From Eledone cirrhosa (Eukaryota): a DNA stretch of 64,000 bases. This document shows, piece after piece, positions 59,336 through 64,000 of the stretch. The notes beneath the pieces were generated by a model, which saw nothing but the letters and a program-made list of their open reading frames with translations, made no database searches and was not told the origin of the DNA. Both the position numbers and the translations under genes were made by a program. Every line of letters starts with the position of its first letter. Within the stretch, counting starts at the first letter, position 1. The stretch covers positions 30,008,001 through 30,072,000 of the forward strand of contig OZ024760.1 of assembly GCA_964016885.1 (NCBI GenBank), read 5' to 3'.

Positions 59336-59523
59336 TTGTTTCTAATTTAGGCACTCGTCAGCAATTACCCTGTTCATTACTGGTACTTTATTTTATCGAC
59401 CCCGTAAGGATGAAAAGCAAAGTCAACCTCGGTGGGATTTGAACTCAGATCGTAAAGGGACGTAACTATGCTGGAAAGCATGGCGTGCGACCCTCTACCG
59501 ATACTGCCAATCCACCGCCGTTT
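59336..59523 (-). mobile_element. SINE-like element, copy 14 (type C)
   Basis: Appears identical to copy 13 and lies 7521 bp further along. Confidence 0.88.
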
Positions 59524-62500
59524 GTAATGTAATGTAATGTAATGTAATGTATTGTAATGTAATGTTTAATATAATGTAATGTAAGTTAATGTAATGTAAT
59601 GTGTAATGTAATGTAATGTAATGACAATGTAATGTAACGTGTAATGTAATGTGTAATGTAATGTAATGTGTAATGTAATGTAATGTAATATAATGTAATG
59701 TGTAATGTAATGTAATGTAATGTAATGTTTAATGTACTGTAAAGTAATGTTATGTAATGTAATGTAATGTAATGTAATGTGTAATGAAATGTAATGTAAT
59801 GTAACGTAATGTAATGTGTAATGTAATGTACTGTAATGTAACGTAATGGGTAATGTAATGTAATGTAATGTAATGTAATGTGTAATGTAATGTAATGTTT
59901 AATGTAATGTAATGTAATGTAATGTAATGTGTAATATAATGTAATGTAATGTAATGTAATGTAATATAATATAATGTGTAATGTAATGTAATGTAATGTA
60001 ATGTAATGTAATGTAATGTAATGTAATGTAATGTAATGTAATGTGTAATGTAATGTAATGTAACGTAATGTAATGTAATGTAATGTGTAATGTAATGTAA
60101 TGTAATGTAATATGTAATGTGTAATGTAATGTAATGTAATGTAATGTAATGTAATGTAATGTAACGTAATGTGTAATTTAATGTAATGTAATGTAATGTG
60201 TAATGTAATGTAATGTAATGAAATGTGTAATGTAATGTAATGTAATGTAATGATTAATGTAATGTAATGTAATGTAATGTAATGTGTAATGTAATGTAAT
60301 GTAATGTAATGTGTAATGTAATGTAACGTAATGTAATGTAATGTAATGTGTAAAGTAATGTAATGTAATTTGTAATGCAATGTAATGTAATGTAATGTAA
60401 TGTAATGTGTAATGTAATGTAATGTAATGTAATGTAATGTGTAATGTAATGTAATGTAATGTAATGTAACGTAATGTAGTGCAATGTAGTGTACTCTGAA
60501 ATGTAATGTAATGTAATGTGTAATGTAATTTAATGTAATGTAATGTAATGTAATGTAATTTAATGTAATGTAATGTAAGGTAATGTAATATGTAACGTAA
60601 TGTAATGTAATGTAATGTAATTTAATGTAATGTCTAATGTTATGTAATGTAATGTAATGTAATGTAATGTGTAATGTAATGTAATGTAATGTAATGTGTA
60701 ATGTAATATAATGTAATGTAATGTGTCATGTAGTGTAATGTAATGTAACGTAATATGTAATGTAATGTAATGTGTAATGTAATGTAACGCAATGTAATGT
60801 GATGTAATGTGTAATGTAGTGTAATGTAATGTAATGTAATGTACTGTAATGCAATGCAATGTAATGTAATGTAACGTAAAGTATTGTAATGTGTAATGTG
60901 TAATGTAATGTAATGTAATGTGTAATGTAATGTAATGTAGTGTAACGTGTAATGTAATGTAACGTGTAATGTAATGTAATGTAATGTAAAGTAATGTAAT
61001 GTGTAATGTAATGTAATGTAATATAAAGTAATGTGTAATGTAATGTAATGTAATGTGTAATGTAATGTAATGTAATGTAATGTAATGTAATGTAATGTAA
61101 TGTATAATGTAATGTAATGTAATGTAAAATAATGTGTAATGTAAAGTATTGTAATGTGTAATGTGTAATGTAATGTAATGTAATGTAATGTGTAATGTAA
61201 TGTAATTTAATGTAGTGTAATGTATAATGTAATGTAATGTAATGTGTAATGTAATGTAATGTAATGTAATATAATGTAATGTAATGTAATGTAATGTAAT
61301 GTAATGTGTAATGTAATGTAATGTAATGTGTAATGTAATTTAATGTAATGTAATGTGTAATGTAATGTAATGTAATGTAATGTGTAATGTAATGTAATGT
61401 TATGTAATGTAATGTATAATGTAATGTAATGTGTAATGTAATGTAATGTAATGTAATGTGTAATGTAATGTAATGTAATGTGTAATGTAATGTAATGTAA
61501 TGTAATGTAATGTAATGTAATGTAATATAATGTAATGTAATGTGTAATGTAATGTAATGTGTAATGTAATGTATTGTAATGTAATGTAATGTATAAGGTA
61601 ATGTAATGTAATGTAATGTGTAATGTAATGTAATGTAAAGTAATGTAATGTAATGTAATGTAATGTGTAATGTAATGTAATGTAATGTAACGTAATGTAA
61701 TGTGTAATGTAATGTAATGTAATGTAATGTAATGTAATGTAATGTAATGTGTACTGTAATGTAATGTAATGTAAAGTAATGTAATGTGTAATGTAATGTA
61801 ATGTAATGTAATGTAATGTAATGTAATGTAATGTGTAATGAAATGTAATGTAATGTAATGTAATGTAATGTAATGTAATGTAATGTGTAATGTAATGTAA
61901 TGTAATGTAATGTAATGTAATGTAATGTAATGTAATGTGTAATGTAATGTAATGTAATGTAATGTAATGTAATGTAATGTAATGTGTAATGAAATGTAAC
62001 GTAACGTAATGTGTAATGTAATGTAATGTAATGTAATGTAATGTAATGTAATGTAATGTAATGTAATGTAATGTAATGTGTAATGTAATGTAATGTAATG
62101 TAATGTGTAACGTGTAATGTAATGTAATGTAATGTAATGTTTAATGTAATGTAATGTAATGTAAAGTAATGTAATGTAATGTTATGTTTAATGTAATGTA
62201 ATGTAATGTAATATAATGTAATTTTTAATGTAATGTAATGTAATGTAAAGTAATGTAATGTAATGTAATGTAATGTAGTGTAGTGTGTAATGTAATGTAA
62301 TGTAATGTAATGTAACGTAATGTAATGTGTAATGTAATGTAATGTAATGTGTAATGTAATGTAATGTAATGTAATGTAATGTAATGTAATGTGTACTGTA
62401 ATGTAATGTAATGTAAAGTAACGTAAAGTGTAATGTAATGTAATGTAACGTAATGTAATGTAATGTAATGTAATGTGTAATGAAATGTAATGTAATGTAA

Positions 62501-64000
62501 TGTAACGTAATGTGTAATGTAATGTAATGTAATGTAATGTAATGTAACGTAATGTAATGTAATGTAATGTAATGTAATGTGTAATGTAATGTAATGTAAT
62601 GTAATGTAATGTAATGTGTAATGTGTAATGTAATGTAATGTAATGTTTAATGTAATGTAATGTAATGTAATGTAATGTAATGTAATGTTATGTTTAATGT
62701 AACGTAATGTAATGTAATGTAATGTAATGTTTAATGTAATGTAATGTAATGTAATGTAATCTAATGTGTAATGTAATGTAATGTAATGTAACGTAATGTA
62801 ATGTTTAATGTAATGTAATGTAATGTAATGTAATGTAATGAAATGTAATGTAACGTGTAATGTAATGTAATGTAATGTAATGTAATGTAACGTAATGTAA
62901 TGTTTAATGTAATGTAATGTAATGTAATGTAATGAAATGTAATGTAACGTGTAATGTAATGTAATGTAATGTAATGTAATGTAATGTAATGTAATGTAAT
63001 GTAATGTAATGTAACGTAATGTAATGTACTGTGTAATGTAATGTAATGTAATGTGTAATGTAATGTAATGTCATGTAATGTAATGTGTAATGTAATGTAA
63101 TGTAATGTAATGTGTAATGTAATGTAATGTTTAAAGTAACGTAAAGTAATGTAATGAAATGTAATGTAATGTGTAATATACTGTAATGTAATGTAATGTG
63201 TAATGTAATGTAATGTTACGTAATGTAATGTAATGTGTAATGTAATGTAATGTAATGTAATGTGTAATGTAATGTAACGTAATGTAATGTAATGTAATGT
63301 AATGTAATGTAATGTAATGTAATGTGTAATGTAATGTAATGTAATGTAATGTGTAATGTAATGTAACGTGTAATGTAATGTAATGTAATGTAATGTGTAA
63401 TGTAATGTAATGTAATGTAGTGTAATGTATAATGTAATGTAATGTAATGTAATGTAATGTGTAATGTAATGTAATGTAATGTAATGTAATGTAATGTGTA
63501 ATGTAATGTAATGTAATGTAATGTAATGTAATGTAATGTGTAAGGTAATGTAATATAATGTAATCTAAAGTAATGTAATTTAATGTAACGTGTAATGTAA
63601 TGTAATGTAATGTAATGTAATGTAATGTAATGTAATGTGTAATGTAATGTAATGTAACGTAATGTAATGTAATGTAATGTAATGTAATGTAATGTAATGT
63701 AATGTAATGTAATGTAATGTAATGTAATGTGTAATGTGTAATGTAATGTAATGTAATGTAATGTAATGTAATGTAATGTGTAATGTAATGTAATGTAATG
63801 TAATGTAATGTGTAATGTAATGTAATGGAAAATAATGTGTAATGTAATGTAATGTAATGTGTAATGTAATGTAATGCAATGTAACGTAATGTAATGTGTA
63901 ATGTAATGTAATGTAATGTTATGTAATGTAATGTATAATGTAATGTAATGTAATGTAATGTAATGTAATGTAATGTGTAACGTAATGTAATGTAATGCAA

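Larger units (their letters stand above)
49550..60300. repeat. Approximately 3.2 kb segment (about 49550-52780) duplicated 7.5 kb away (about 57040-60300), including SINE copies 13 and 14
   Basis: Offsets are 7489 (gtaaactaat marker) and 7521 (SINE). The segments share the private variants gtaagttaat, gacaatg, aatgggtaat and gattaatg. Confidence 0.85.
1..64000. repeat. Pentameric satellite array (TAATG)n/(CATTA)n, continuing past both window edges
   Basis: Tandem TAATG units run across the whole window in one orientation. Variant units include TAACG, TAAAG, TAATA, TAATT, CAATG, AAATG, TAGTG, TCATG, TTATG, TATTG, TACTG, TAAGG and TAATC, plus frequent TAATGTG. The array is interrupted only by 14 short elements. 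Confidence 0.99.

Noticed and set aside
6071-59523. CRISPR-like pattern of a constant element with variable intervening sequence
   Set aside because: The 188 bp repeats, kilobase low-complexity intervals, lack of cas genes and eukaryotic satellite context do not fit a CRISPR array.
995-64000. Dozens of long minus-strand ORFs encoding (HYITL)n, up to 817 aa
   Set aside because: (CATTA)n has no stop codon in any frame, so ORFs overlap in all three frames, shift at each 7-mer, and start and stop at satellite point variants. There is no evidence of coding function.
1-64000. Telomeric array
   Set aside because: The unit lacks the GG/GGG runs of TTAGG or TTAGGG, and kilobase higher-order duplications point to recombinational satellite evolution. 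The single TTAGG in each SINE is incidental.
1-64000. Match of the unit to the (TGTAA)n terminal repeat of eel UnaL2/UnaSINE1
   Set aside because: The SINE here is on the strand that reads (TTACA)n, the opposite polarity, and no LINE sequence is present. The match is treated as coincidental.

Overview
This window is eukaryotic satellite DNA with no credible protein-coding gene. About 96% of it is one uninverted array of the pentamer (TAATG)n, which reads (CATTA)n on the minus strand. The array carries single-base variant units and a recurrent +TG 7-mer (TAATGTG), and these variants mark nested higher-order duplications of about 0.1, 1.2-1.5, 1.87, 2.3-2.4, 3.1-3.3, 7.5 and 12 kb. The only complex sequence is 14 copies of a 188-189 bp element, all on the minus strand. 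It has the layout of a tRNA-derived SINE: A box, B box, a central domain, a 3' stem-loop, and a tail running directly into (CATTA)n. From memory it resembles the abundant octopus tRNA-derived SINEs, which is unverified here. Shared flanks and shared mutations suggest one ancestral SINE was amplified together with the satellite rather than inserted 14 times. All listed ORFs (HYITL repeats) are by-products of the stop-free (CATTA)n strand.
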